From: a virus
IMG/VR virus record: IMGVR_UViG_3300028045_000007
Location: 32,001 to 96,000 of that record
Length of the DNA: 64,000 nucleotides
Reading direction: 5' to 3' (one strand)
The notes under the pieces were generated by a model. That model ran no database searches. It worked only from the letters and a program-made list of their open reading frames with translations, and was not told where the DNA came from. Positions 47,801 to 56,957 of this stretch are shown one piece after another (position 1 is the stretch's first letter; each line of letters begins with the position of its first letter). Both the position numbers and the translations under genes were made by a program.

Positions 47801-49749
47801 AAAACGGTGAAGGAACATTGAGTCGGGGTGCATTCGATTTACATGTCTTCCCTGGGCCTCGCGAGTCGTCCGATCTTGGGGTGCAGTGCAGTGGTTTTAC
47901 ATATGCAAGCCAAGAGCCGCCCGCTACTGCTGGTGGTCTCATGCCTCCCTTTATGATGTCTGGTGTTCGTTTCGAAAAACCACGAGAAGATTTTTCTATT
48001 GGTTTCTTGTATATCAAAAAGAATGCGACCGCTACTGAATTTGATACTATTATTGCTTATGGCATGGTCCCGGCTGCCATAACTGACGAAACCAACGACA
48101 ATGATAGAGGTTGGGCGATTGGTATGGACTCCAGTGACAACATGCGACTAGTGATGTCGCTTGCACATACAGATGATGGTACCGGCGAAGGTAGTATGTA
48201 TCTCAATACTACTAGTAGACCGATATGTTCCGGCCAAACACTCTGTGGTATGTTCGAAGCTGCCCAATGGTATGATGACGAACGCGATTTTGATCGATAT
48301 CGCCATGGTACACAACGTGTACCGAGACCAGATTTTTGGAGTCATTATTGCTGGACGTATAGTGCGGCCGCAAAAAAACTATCGTGTTATGTGAATGGGG
48401 CTTTGGTTGATCAGAAAGTGCTGAGTTATGGCATATATCCACAAACTCCCAATGATCCAAAAGCTAGGTATCTCACAATGTACCAACACACGCGAGACCC
48501 TTGGGTACAGGGTGATGATATAACTAATGATCACGAAGGCTCCATGACCGATCTTTGTTATTTCGACAAGACACTAACACAAGAAGAGATTAGATACATC
48601 GCATTGAACGGCATCGACAGTGCCGTTGGCACCCCCGTGAGCGGACTAACTGGCGGCTATGTTCGCGGACAAGATACTGGTTCTGGCCTTATGGGTGGTA
48701 TGTCACGAGGAGTTGGACCTGTTTCCGGATTGTTTGGTGGATATATGCCGGGCGGTGCAGTGGCAAGCGGTTTGTTCGGTGGCTTTGTATCTGGCGTTGT
48801 CTTTGGTGATGGCACCATCGGTGGCTTCGTGCGTGGCCTAGACACCGTTTCTGGTATTGTTGCCGGTTATATTCGTGGCGTTGATGTTGGCTCCGGAATG
48901 ATCGCTGGCTACATTCGTGGCCAGGAAGTTGGTTCCGGACTATTTGGTGGCCTTGTTCTCGGTGCCCAACCCGTCAGTGGCCTGTTTGGTGGCTTTATTA
49001 GGGCGGCAGACGTAGGTAGCGGACTACTCGGCGGGTTTATGCTTGGTGGTCTAGCTGGTAACATGCATTTTGATGCTGGATTTAATCTTAGTGTATTGGC
49101 TGCGGAAGATTTTGATGCACGGCTTGAGGTTGCCAAAACAATGTCAGCCGACTTTGATGCCAAGCTTATTATCTTCCAAAATGAGCAGCCTCCCCTTGTA
49201 GAGATTCTGATTCCTGGCACGACCGTGACGGGCTTGTCAGGACCATTCAATCAGTATTTGATTGGTAGTGCGTCCGGACAACAGGGCAAGGCTATCACAC
49301 AAACCAAGTGGCATTTTGGAGATTTCTCGCCACCCGAAAGCGTTAGCGTTAGTGGCATTAGTTACTATCCGATACAGCATAATTTCGTTAACGATGGCTA
49401 TTATATTGTGCGATTTGAAGCCATAGATTCTGATGGGCTGCACGCTTCAGCGACAAGGATTTTAAACGCTACAAATGGTGCTGACCCAGTAGTCATTAGT
49501 ATGTCTGGCGTACCACGTTCTGGTAATGCGGGATTAGAGGTGGACTTTGTTACTAACGTCGATATTCTACCACCGAGCGTTACTATTTTGTCACAACTGT
49601 TGCATTTTGACGACGGACAAACTACAATGGCTTTCCATCCAACGCACGTGTACACCGAACCAGGAACATACAAACCGATTTGGTGTGTACGGGATTCACG
49701 AGGTATGATTTGGTGCGATAGCCTTGAGGCGGGCAGTGATGTCCTTTAG
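44800..49749 (+). CDS. large tail fibre/adhesin: four LamG-like domains, 14-aa repeat shaft, two PKD-like domains
   Basis: Domain starts LVGFWPL, LVAYHTF, IVGYWPA, LVGYYRF and ends such as RALLPAEI and KTLTQEEI; WHFGD and HVYTEPGTY. Confidence 0.8.
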   Translation: MADLINDGSLVGFWPLLEPSGAFVYKNYSPAYGKHPSGISFDMHVAVADLQYDEEHSSYWPGGTEFTNISSGNLIRGYCVQGHWKLKSTGSPPLSKYLTLGCGGKTQVQQCLAPAVAQSGFTVGAWLYPNSQGFLEAYTESASIGSAANDWNTMNARAHTMLGQFRAYTGNSGWLMGISGNPARSTQFNFEPEAGDTLQAFVSMEKANAAVSTGFLETPIESGCYTHIAFSYRYVDGTNNEIVLYKNGRVTASGTTTDDLTLDNTNLTGASNHRPFAIGATDSETATNYTPYYYRTGGWGNLMSGVYYFRRVLHEGELQEMHERGGLVAHDSALAPSQEVLLSDPDLVAYHTFTEPGFGDISNNHSPLVGVHDMGYRGAGKLQVPGPYGEGMTYGDGASTYGYLAASSGTCLDALSQGSWTISFLVAPPHAASRSNNIFCSWGSVTTSTSATAMPAATPLTNPTAGLCFSVSGVATRQVCIIEVYSTGDVEDTDNILVFSLDSTLDYFHGACTHIALAYDDSTKGIAAYADGVQCGSGTFTNSLTDQLLSVTSKGFPLMWTNGIKDDLTTSYRGVHATSFQDGDLGSIVVCKRALLPAEIRGIALSGINYTSLYRTRHDPRIVGYWPASDFNIDDILVEDEARCWGELDGHLVRGDSDPRNDQWYLFNRQNDGTVRYNQFGSRDLPPELASYGNLGITSGTFSPRGAGGGTVNLADAVDNRSSITNLTSRYKPYFEESDDMPQNVGADYLLSYEVTPSGDIPKTLGAYASTLTAPMHNSLLHEYAYDGNKDQRSFLTTELAEQGSGVTLVWVGYSDVPLVSGNLAYGVPSRVVLHTRFTLPQNVDGFSAGTTPLDISLWINGELIQRRPSTSIDAKIWSDQAPDGSADADILHFGGIAGKPSYISLYTTSDSGLGEIYLRNMFIMKGIFLSGEVEALAASGIQSPAIGGFTDSQSKTQVTIADSNLVGYYRFNGFAGGGSGTTDLSSNGNHLFGAQQSLVENGEGTLSRGAFDLHVFPGPRESSDLGVQCSGFTYASQEPPATAGGLMPPFMMSGVRFEKPREDFSIGFLYIKKNATATEFDTIIAYGMVPAAITDETNDNDRGWAIGMDSSDNMRLVMSLAHTDDGTGEGSMYLNTTSRPICSGQTLCGMFEAAQWYDDERDFDRYRHGTQRVPRPDFWSHYCWTYSAAAKKLSCYVNGALVDQKVLSYGIYPQTPNDPKARYLTMYQHTRDPWVQGDDITNDHEGSMTDLCYFDKTLTQEEIRYIALNGIDSAVGTPVSGLTGGYVRGQDTGSGLMGGMSRGVGPVSGLFGGYMPGGAVASGLFGGFVSGVVFGDGTIGGFVRGLDTVSGIVAGYIRGVDVGSGMIAGYIRGQEVGSGLFGGLVLGAQPVSGLFGGFIRAADVGSGLLGGFMLGGLAGNMHFDAGFNLSVLAAEDFDARLEVAKTMSADFDAKLIIFQNEQPPLVEILIPGTTVTGLSGPFNQYLIGSASGQQGKAITQTKWHFGDFSPPESVSVSGISYYPIQHNFVNDGYYIVRFEAIDSDGLHASATRILNATNGADPVVISMSGVPRSGNAGLEVDFVTNVDILPPSVTILSQLLHFDDGQTTMAFHPTHVYTEPGTYKPIWCVRDSRGMIWCDSLEAGSDVL
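48637..49056 (+). repeat. ten degenerate 42-nt (14-aa) coding repeats
   Basis: Consensus [VG]SGL[FI]GG[FY][VI]RGxx[VPT]. Confidence 0.9.
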
Positions 49750-49758
49750 GAGTAAGTC

Positions 49759-52700
49759 ATGAGTATCATTGTATCAGACGGCATTGTTGTTAGTGGCGTA
49801 GGAGTACCTCTAAATGGTATTCCGTGGCCATCAGGTCAGTTTGACTACAGGGAACCGGGCTCACAACTGAGTGCGTTCTTGTCGTCGGTCAATGCAACGT
49901 TTGGGTTTGGCATGACGCCACACTCATGTCAGACCGAATGGGTGCCATATGGTAATGCCGGTGACTTTCACGGGGCCTCTGGTCAGTTAGCCAATATTGG
50001 AAGCCCCCTTGAAATATTTGTTGGGGATTTCTTCTTTCGTGGAAAAATTACGCATTCAGACTATACTAGTAGTGCTGGCGGCACAGTGGTCAGCGTTACC
50101 ATCGAAGACGACAGACGAACGCTCCGTAAAGCGAAGATCCACACCGAAGACCTTGGCGAAGACGCACCTAGCGGCGTGATTTCTGTAGCACGTGCATATC
50201 GTCTACTGAATGGACTACTAGATGTTGATGGCGACCCGAATGATGTCAATATTAAGGAGTATAGACGCATCCTTCAGTACGGTGGTACATACAGTCAAAT
50301 CCTTGCAGCCATTGATTATCATTTCATCGAGGGGCTGTGTGCCGTATCAGTATATGAGTTGCCGACCGTTGAGCAGCTTGAAACCAATATTGGGGGCACA
50401 ATTGAGTCGATCCGTTTTCAGTTCAATCTAACCAATCTTGATGAGGCACTGTCTCGCATCCTACTAGACACTGGCTATGACTGGTACTGGAATATGGATG
50501 CCCAACACGTTAATCTCATCAATAAGAAAGCCACGTTTGACATTACTGAGGCGGCCATCCTTGATCTTGTGTCCGAGTTTGGCAGTGCTAGTGGACTCAA
50601 CGAGACTAAGCAATTAGGGTACGGACAGGACGTTGTTCCGGACCCCACACGATTCCGAGTTCTCGGCGGACACCAAGAGGGGTTTGTCAACTCTCATATT
50701 TTAAGTCCCATTGATGGTATTGACACATTTGGTTTAGATGGATACGCTAGTAGGACTGTCAAAGATTCTGATGTACAAATTGTATTCACGCCCGCATGGT
50801 CTAATTTAACTGTTGGCTTTTTTGACAACGGCGGCTATTATCGTACGTATATCCCCACAGAGAAGGAACTTCAATTAGCGTTAGCCGGTATTGAACAGTG
50901 GACTTATTTTAAGGTCTATCAAACCTCGTCTCTCGGTGCTGATCCTGCTGGATATGGCTTACCAAGCGACGCGGGACACGTTGCAGCACAGCATGCTACA
51001 TTCCAGAGTCGTCTTGATCCGGTTATGCCCCTGGCTGCTATGGGGGCCGGTAGCGAGTCTTCTGGTATTCGCATTATTAGCAACCGTCGCGACGAAGACC
51101 AGAACTGGGTGCTTAACTTCTACAGTCGTATTCGTGATCATGCAACACGTCACTATGGTCGTTCATACGTGGCGGAAAACCTACTGTTTACTGAGGCGTC
51201 TGGCCTCTTTAGACTTGTTAGTGCTGCGTGGGCCAACATCGAGAATCAAGTTGATGGGCACGCCCTGTCGGCATCTGGCGTCTCTGGTTCTGGCGTTTAC
51301 ATTGACGACTATACGATTAATCGAGATCTTGGACCTATCAGTCCATTTATTTCGGATGACTTTCGTGTTCAAGCCCACTGTCGTATGCCAGCCGGTACGG
51401 TGTATGGCCCACAGGGAGACAGTAATCCAGCGAGCTTTGGCAATTGGACCGAAGATGCTCCTCCATTCAACCCAACGGGCGATGGCGATCATTATATTCC
51501 GGTGCAACTTACCATTGTTGGTAATCGTGTTATCAACCCCCGCAGTAACGAATTATACTCTTTTGAGGCATATCCCGAGGGAACCATCTGGTGTCAGCTA
51601 CCTATTAATGCTGGACCATCTGACGGCATGGTAAATGATAATGTCATCTCTCAACTGTCAACTTTGGTTTCTACTAATATCAAGCTGGATTCCGAGGGTC
51701 TAACAGATATCATTAATCCGGCCAGAGTATTGAATGTTTACAATTCGCTGTCTGGCGTAGCTATTCCCGTTGAGGCACGTAGTCGTTATGGACAGTCATA
51801 TCCGAATCAGTGGGTGCTTGGAGACATGCACTATGAACGGGACGAGGACATTCAGTTAGACGACCAGTTTGTACCGTGGGCATTCTCTCCGGTTGGCAAC
51901 CAGTCATCTCTACAGATTATGGCCGACAGGGCCGTGCGTCGCGTTGAGGGTAAAATTGTCCCGAAAAGCTCGTCGCGATATGCAGACTTCCAGCAAGTTG
52001 GTTTGCCTCTACTGTCATTTGATGCGTTTGCACAACAGGACATTGGTCCGTCTGGTCTTTATGGTGAGATCAGTCATGGTGTTAGTGAACTGAATATTTC
52101 ATTTGGTGCCGAAGGCTTTACTAGTCGCTATAAGATTCAATCTTACTTCCCCAAGTTTGGTCGCGAAGCACCGCTTGGTGAGCGTGTGCGTGCTGTCGTG
52201 AATGGAATCTTGAATCCAATTGACTTCACTGATCTTTCGCTTTTGGATCCTAATCCTGGTGGTCCAACCAATCCAATGTTGCCTGGAGATCCCTATGTAC
52301 CGCCGCTGTTCTTCGATAGCGAAGAGCGAGCGGTACGTGTTACGATCACAGAGACTAACAATGTGTTTACACTCGATAGTACGCCGGGCGACGAAGAGGA
52401 CGAACGATACCGAGGCATAGATAGACATGGCTATACAAAGCCACCCCGTTATTTTGGTTCGACTAAGCCAGATTTTGCTGATGGTGCAATCTGTATTGAT
52501 GGTTTCTTAAACATCACCGACGAAGCCATGTATCATACGGATGAGTTCCGTCTTCCTGGTGGCAATACTGTTTTAAGATACTTTACTGAAGGGCGTCCTT
52601 TTGGCAATGGTACTATTGTAGAGGTTGAGCGTGCGAACGTGGCCGATCCCACAACATATGATGTCACTATTGTTGATCCAACGGCACTGGCGGGTGGTAC

Positions 52701-53124
52701 CGAACGTGCCGTATTTGGCGTTGAAGTACTCAATGGTTCTGTGACCCTGGGTGACAAGACGACATTGGCGGTTCAGGGAGACGCACCCGTATCTCCCGGT
52801 GCAAATGATGGGACTATTTTTATTAATGGCACCATTAATGATACTGCCGGTGTAATTCCGGTTGAAATTATCAACGTAGGGTTGCTAGGAACGGAAGATG
52901 CCGTTGCTACGTGCAGACTACTTGATTATGCTGGAAATATTTTACCAGACGCTTCCGGCGTTCATTACCACAGTGTTGTACCGCTCCCCTTTAGGCAATT
53001 TGCTGCTCCTGGTGATCGTGGATATCTTGCTACGTTAGCGGTGCCGAGTGGTGAATATGGACAAACCGCAATGGTTAGCTTTATAGAGATTGTGAAGCCT
53101 GCACTCTTCAGATATAACGGATAA
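49759..53124 (+). CDS. putative tail tip/baseplate hub protein
   Basis: 1121 aa; FFFRGKI..VSVTIEDDR and GYDWYW hub-like N-terminus. Confidence 0.6.
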   Translation: MSIIVSDGIVVSGVGVPLNGIPWPSGQFDYREPGSQLSAFLSSVNATFGFGMTPHSCQTEWVPYGNAGDFHGASGQLANIGSPLEIFVGDFFFRGKITHSDYTSSAGGTVVSVTIEDDRRTLRKAKIHTEDLGEDAPSGVISVARAYRLLNGLLDVDGDPNDVNIKEYRRILQYGGTYSQILAAIDYHFIEGLCAVSVYELPTVEQLETNIGGTIESIRFQFNLTNLDEALSRILLDTGYDWYWNMDAQHVNLINKKATFDITEAAILDLVSEFGSASGLNETKQLGYGQDVVPDPTRFRVLGGHQEGFVNSHILSPIDGIDTFGLDGYASRTVKDSDVQIVFTPAWSNLTVGFFDNGGYYRTYIPTEKELQLALAGIEQWTYFKVYQTSSLGADPAGYGLPSDAGHVAAQHATFQSRLDPVMPLAAMGAGSESSGIRIISNRRDEDQNWVLNFYSRIRDHATRHYGRSYVAENLLFTEASGLFRLVSAAWANIENQVDGHALSASGVSGSGVYIDDYTINRDLGPISPFISDDFRVQAHCRMPAGTVYGPQGDSNPASFGNWTEDAPPFNPTGDGDHYIPVQLTIVGNRVINPRSNELYSFEAYPEGTIWCQLPINAGPSDGMVNDNVISQLSTLVSTNIKLDSEGLTDIINPARVLNVYNSLSGVAIPVEARSRYGQSYPNQWVLGDMHYERDEDIQLDDQFVPWAFSPVGNQSSLQIMADRAVRRVEGKIVPKSSSRYADFQQVGLPLLSFDAFAQQDIGPSGLYGEISHGVSELNISFGAEGFTSRYKIQSYFPKFGREAPLGERVRAVVNGILNPIDFTDLSLLDPNPGGPTNPMLPGDPYVPPLFFDSEERAVRVTITETNNVFTLDSTPGDEEDERYRGIDRHGYTKPPRYFGSTKPDFADGAICIDGFLNITDEAMYHTDEFRLPGGNTVLRYFTEGRPFGNGTIVEVERANVADPTTYDVTIVDPTALAGGTERAVFGVEVLNGSVTLGDKTTLAVQGDAPVSPGANDGTIFINGTINDTAGVIPVEIINVGLLGTEDAVATCRLLDYAGNILPDASGVHYHSVVPLPFRQFAAPGDRGYLATLAVPSGEYGQTAMVSFIEIVKPALFRYNG

Positions 53125-53127
53125 AAT

Positions 53128-55161
53128 ATGGTAATGCAATCTGGTATTCCGCCCTTCGATTATGCATATGGCAATGGCCCCTTTAGCGTCGCGGACGCTT
53201 ATGGTGGTGGAGGTTGTGTACTTGGTCCATCTGGTGCATTATTAGAACAGGCACAGTTTGCACTGATCGCCGAGCGTCGTAGGTGGACGGGTGAAAACAC
53301 TTATGTGCGTCCTTATTTATATCCGTTTCATCTATATACACATATGGATATTACGCCCTCTGGTCCGTACGAACCGAAGGCAGATGGGTCAACACTAGGT
53401 AACTCTTTAAACCCCGGTGCTTTTATATTTGTTGATTACTTTTATGAACTTCGTGGTGCCATGGACGAGTTGTTTGGTGATATGGCAGACGATTCTGACT
53501 ACCCTTCAGAAACGTTGCGGGCGTCGTGGTTACAGGCGTTGTATCCGCATAGTCCAAGTGGATTTTATGACGCACCAGAGGGTGGAGGCGATTATGGCAA
53601 TTATCTTCATCGTATCCCATCAGAGGGTGGCGAGATAGCAATGTCGCCAGATGTCCTTGGTTCATCCGGTGTACTCTATGACATTGACTTTGGCGAGGTA
53701 ATGTTTAATCCATACCCACAAATTGGGCACTACATCAATACTTCGGCACATGGGCCGGGCGATGGTGCAAATGCAGCATTTTACATTACGGCTTCGCCGT
53801 TTTTTCCAGCGTTTCAAAAAACGAATGGCGATTTAGTTGATGTCACTGCCAATGATCCCGTAGCTGTAACATCACTGTGTGATACGACACAGACGGCTCT
53901 TGGGCGTGTGCGTCTAGATGGTTATATGCTTACTAGTGACTCGGAATACTATCTAGGCAAGAAGAGTCAAGTACATGATCGTGTACAGGATTTTACTTAC
54001 CATAGTGCTGGTATTCGACAAATTGGTAGTTCAATTGAAGACATGCCGTTTAGTCGTGTGTTTTTAACGCCCACCGCACAGGCATCTGGCGTGTATACTA
54101 TTGCCGTACGTAACCCACATGGTGTCGTTGCAAACACCACGATTGAATCTGGCATTGTGAGTAACTGGCCACCCGAACGACTAGCGTGGCCCGCACATAA
54201 TTATGAAAACGATTCCACACTTGCATTCAATGCTGGTTACGAAGTTTTTAATGATGCAATCTGGATGACAGATCAGTCACCCGAATGTTCGTCATGGCCA
54301 CACTCGGCAACATATGCTTCTGGTTTAGCTATTATGTCACCATATACTGGTCATAAGATGTGGGTGCGTCACGCCGAACTTGTTAATGATCATAAAGGTC
54401 ACAATTGGCCGACACAGATAGGTTTAGAAAGAATCAGTAATGACAATATCATTCGTGTTTCTCCCGAACGAGAAGCATTGGGCACTGGCGATTGGGACAT
54501 TAAAGTACATTTTTTACAGTATGATGACCAATTGAATTTTCTTTCTGAAATATCTTCGGATGCATTTGGATCTTTTACCACGCACAATATTACGTTTGTA
54601 GACATGTTTTATGATGGCTCTTACTTATATTGTACTAATAGCCTTTCTCAAGGTGCCGATATTTATAAGTTTGACGACACTACATTTACCTATGTTGACA
54701 AATATTCTGTTTCTGTTGACGATGTTCTAGGATTAACGGATTTACGTGGTTGTCACACCACTGTCGGTAACTATTTTTATTCTGGAACCTCTGGCGTATC
54801 AACACCAATGTCACAGAGTGGTATTTACCCTTGGTGGATCGATAGTCACAGTGCTGATCCGTCAGCTCAGGAACACGGCGTTATTGGCATTGGTGCCATG
54901 AAGAACATTGACGGTTCCTCCATTGTAGGTTATAAAAAATACGCAAACATCAAAGATATGTTTGAAGTAACGGGGGGTACACATATACAAAATGGTATAT
55001 ATGTATTCATGCAATGGAACAATAGCACAACCGACGTAAAACTTTATCTATTACGTATTGTAGAAAAAACTGATTACTGGGAGGTAGTGGCGACGTATTA
55101 TATCGACAATGATCTCAATACGTACTATCTTCAGTATGAAGGACTGCATATGGACATTTAG
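53128..55161 (+). CDS. putative receptor-binding/tail protein
   Basis: 677 aa, Tyr/Ser/Thr-rich, AT-richer 3' half. Confidence 0.55.
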   Translation: MVMQSGIPPFDYAYGNGPFSVADAYGGGGCVLGPSGALLEQAQFALIAERRRWTGENTYVRPYLYPFHLYTHMDITPSGPYEPKADGSTLGNSLNPGAFIFVDYFYELRGAMDELFGDMADDSDYPSETLRASWLQALYPHSPSGFYDAPEGGGDYGNYLHRIPSEGGEIAMSPDVLGSSGVLYDIDFGEVMFNPYPQIGHYINTSAHGPGDGANAAFYITASPFFPAFQKTNGDLVDVTANDPVAVTSLCDTTQTALGRVRLDGYMLTSDSEYYLGKKSQVHDRVQDFTYHSAGIRQIGSSIEDMPFSRVFLTPTAQASGVYTIAVRNPHGVVANTTIESGIVSNWPPERLAWPAHNYENDSTLAFNAGYEVFNDAIWMTDQSPECSSWPHSATYASGLAIMSPYTGHKMWVRHAELVNDHKGHNWPTQIGLERISNDNIIRVSPEREALGTGDWDIKVHFLQYDDQLNFLSEISSDAFGSFTTHNITFVDMFYDGSYLYCTNSLSQGADIYKFDDTTFTYVDKYSVSVDDVLGLTDLRGCHTTVGNYFYSGTSGVSTPMSQSGIYPWWIDSHSADPSAQEHGVIGIGAMKNIDGSSIVGYKKYANIKDMFEVTGGTHIQNGIYVFMQWNNSTTDVKLYLLRIVEKTDYWEVVATYYIDNDLNTYYLQYEGLHMDI

Positions 55162-55168
55162 TGTAATT
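55158..55168 (+). promoter_or_regulatory. putative late promoter (TTAGTGTA)
   Basis: TTAGTGTAATTTAACGT upstream of 55254. Confidence 0.65.
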
Positions 55169-55253
55169 TAACGTAGACATTGGTATATATCATAGTTAAG
55201 TCTTAAGGCGTATTCTTGCGGGATAGCGACTTTTCGATTCAGGAGTTACAATA

Positions 55254-55931
55254 ATGGTATCAGGAATTAGATTTTTAGCTTGCTCTGGAGCATTAGGCAA
55301 CACTGTTGCGTCTTTGTATGGCAACGGGATGTCGTCTATCGGCCTGGAGATATTTGCTTTGGAGGTTGGTGCTGATGGCTCGCCAAACCGCATGGGCTTT
55401 TTCGGTGCTGCCGGTGCCCCAAACAGTGCCGTAATTGTTGGACAACACCAAGATCGTACGCATTGCACCAATGCTGCGGGTGCAGATCTCGGCCAGATGA
55501 TTAATGCGAAATACACTGGTGCTTCCACTGTAGAGCATTCTGGCGTACCGTTTACTGCTGGCTTTGCTGCAATTCCCAGAGAGTCTGGTACGCTATTATG
55601 TCGCTTTAAGGATCCAAATGATGGGGCGGTGATTACACAGTCGGCTTCATTCCGTGCCGTTAACTTTACCGCTGCGTCGGGCGTGCCCGACATTAGTGAT
55701 CTTGCAACTGACATTACTGTCTATGCCGTCCAGTTGCAGGATACAAGCGGTAACGCAGCCGATAGTACGTGGACCGAGATTTCAAGCGGAGGTTCGGCAC
55801 CAGGACTTAGCCTTGCTGATCAGTCGCTTGAGTCAAACATTCACGATTTCCACCTATTGGTTAGTGGTGCCCCTGCTATTGCTGGTCGTAAAACTAACTT
55901 CGGCTACTGGATACAACTAGAGTTCCTGTAA
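55254..55931 (+). CDS. putative structural protein in its own transcription unit
   Basis: Own promoter, AGGAG RBS and terminator; Ala/Gly/Ser-rich. Confidence 0.65.
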   Translation: MVSGIRFLACSGALGNTVASLYGNGMSSIGLEIFALEVGADGSPNRMGFFGAAGAPNSAVIVGQHQDRTHCTNAAGADLGQMINAKYTGASTVEHSGVPFTAGFAAIPRESGTLLCRFKDPNDGAVITQSASFRAVNFTAASGVPDISDLATDITVYAVQLQDTSGNAADSTWTEISSGGSAPGLSLADQSLESNIHDFHLLVSGAPAIAGRKTNFGYWIQLEFL

Positions 55932-55955
55932 CATCTATCGCAAATAGTTACGCAC

Positions 55956-55990
55956 AAAGGGCATCTCTTGCATAGAGATGCTCTTTTTCT
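55956..55990 (+). terminator. intrinsic terminator ending the structural block
   Basis: AAAGGGCATCTCT-TGCAT-AGAGATGCTCTTT-TTCT. Confidence 0.85.
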
Positions 55991-56002
55991 GTTGACGATT
56001 GA

Positions 56003-56031
56003 TTGTGCCACTGACACTATACTGGTACCAT
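56003..56031 (+). promoter_or_regulatory. possible sigma70-type promoter for the replication operon
   Basis: TTGTGC-17 nt-(TGn)TACCAT; TTGACG and TATACT hexamers also lie nearby. Confidence 0.4.
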
Positions 56032-56073
56032 CCGTGCGTTGGAATAGTCCACGTACGGTTCTGGAGACAAACA

Positions 56074-56526
56074 ATGCTGGCATTTAGCTCAAGACACCCA
56101 CACGTCCCGAATCCCAAAAATGATCCGAGCGTAAGCCGTTGGATAGCGTCGCTTTCTGACGGTTCTACCGTTTTTGAAGATACCACTCCTCATGAACGAA
56201 CTGCTTGGGCACGACTTAGGGACTATGTAGATATACACAAACTAAAGGTTACTGGGTTACGATTAGAGGTGTACGGTCGTCGTATTTTGTTGGTGCCCTA
56301 CAAGGACGACGAAGGAAGACCGCAACTCAATGGGTACTTTCAAAGTAAACGTATTAGTGCTCTAATGGGCGTCGGCGGTGTGTTCGAAACTCAAGATAGC
56401 GGGATCGGCTACCTGAAGGGCAAACATGTCACAATTTCGTGGGTGCATCCTGATGGTTCTGTGAGTCAAGAAATTAGACCATACAAAGAAGGTGATCTGG
56501 CCGTGATCGTCAATGATTGCCCATGA
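56074..56526 (+). CDS. hypothetical phage protein
   Basis: GGAG RBS before MLAFSS; WIASLSDG...AWARL motif. Confidence 0.65.
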   Translation: MLAFSSRHPHVPNPKNDPSVSRWIASLSDGSTVFEDTTPHERTAWARLRDYVDIHKLKVTGLRLEVYGRRILLVPYKDDEGRPQLNGYFQSKRISALMGVGGVFETQDSGIGYLKGKHVTISWVHPDGSVSQEIRPYKEGDLAVIVNDCP

Positions 56527-56957
56527 ACTATCCGTCGATCACAACACCTGATATTGAGCACGACGCTGCCAACATGTTGGCGGAGTTCATTTGGCTGAAT
56601 CGCGACATTCATGCTGACATTTTCCCGTGGAGGGGACAGAATGGTAAGGAGTGGGGCAGGATTGTCGCAGCACTCAAAAAACTAATGCAGGAGCCGTACG
56701 GGCTGTCTGCTGGACAGCTTGCGTTCTACATTTGGAGCTGCAAGCCGCGTCGCATTCACCCACAGGAGTTTGCCAAGATGGTAGCGGTCGCTCGTCGCCA
56801 CTTCAAGCACTTCGCTCTCGACCAAGTTGCCCAACTGTATCAAGATAGACAACGGGAACTTGCCTCATCCGGCCTTGAGGCAGTACCGCATAAACAAGAG
56901 AAACCCAAGAACCTATTGACATTCCTCAGGGAGTTGGAACGTGGCGAAACGACGTAA
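56523..56957 (+). CDS. hypothetical protein
   Basis: Coupled ORF upstream of recA. Confidence 0.65.
   Translation: MNYPSITTPDIEHDAANMLAEFIWLNRDIHADIFPWRGQNGKEWGRIVAALKKLMQEPYGLSAGQLAFYIWSCKPRRIHPQEFAKMVAVARRHFKHFALDQVAQLYQDRQRELASSGLEAVPHKQEKPKNLLTFLRELERGETT

Noticed and set aside
49088-49098. Seventh exact TTAGTGTA
   Set aside because: It is intragenic, about 660 nt from the next start, and lacks the A/T-rich continuation of the other six; probably chance.
7633-51634. Long antisense or alternate-frame ORFs such as 7641..8405, 23940..24521, 25833..26522 and 50891..51634
   Set aside because: They shadow well-supported genes and have no RBS or recognisable motifs.
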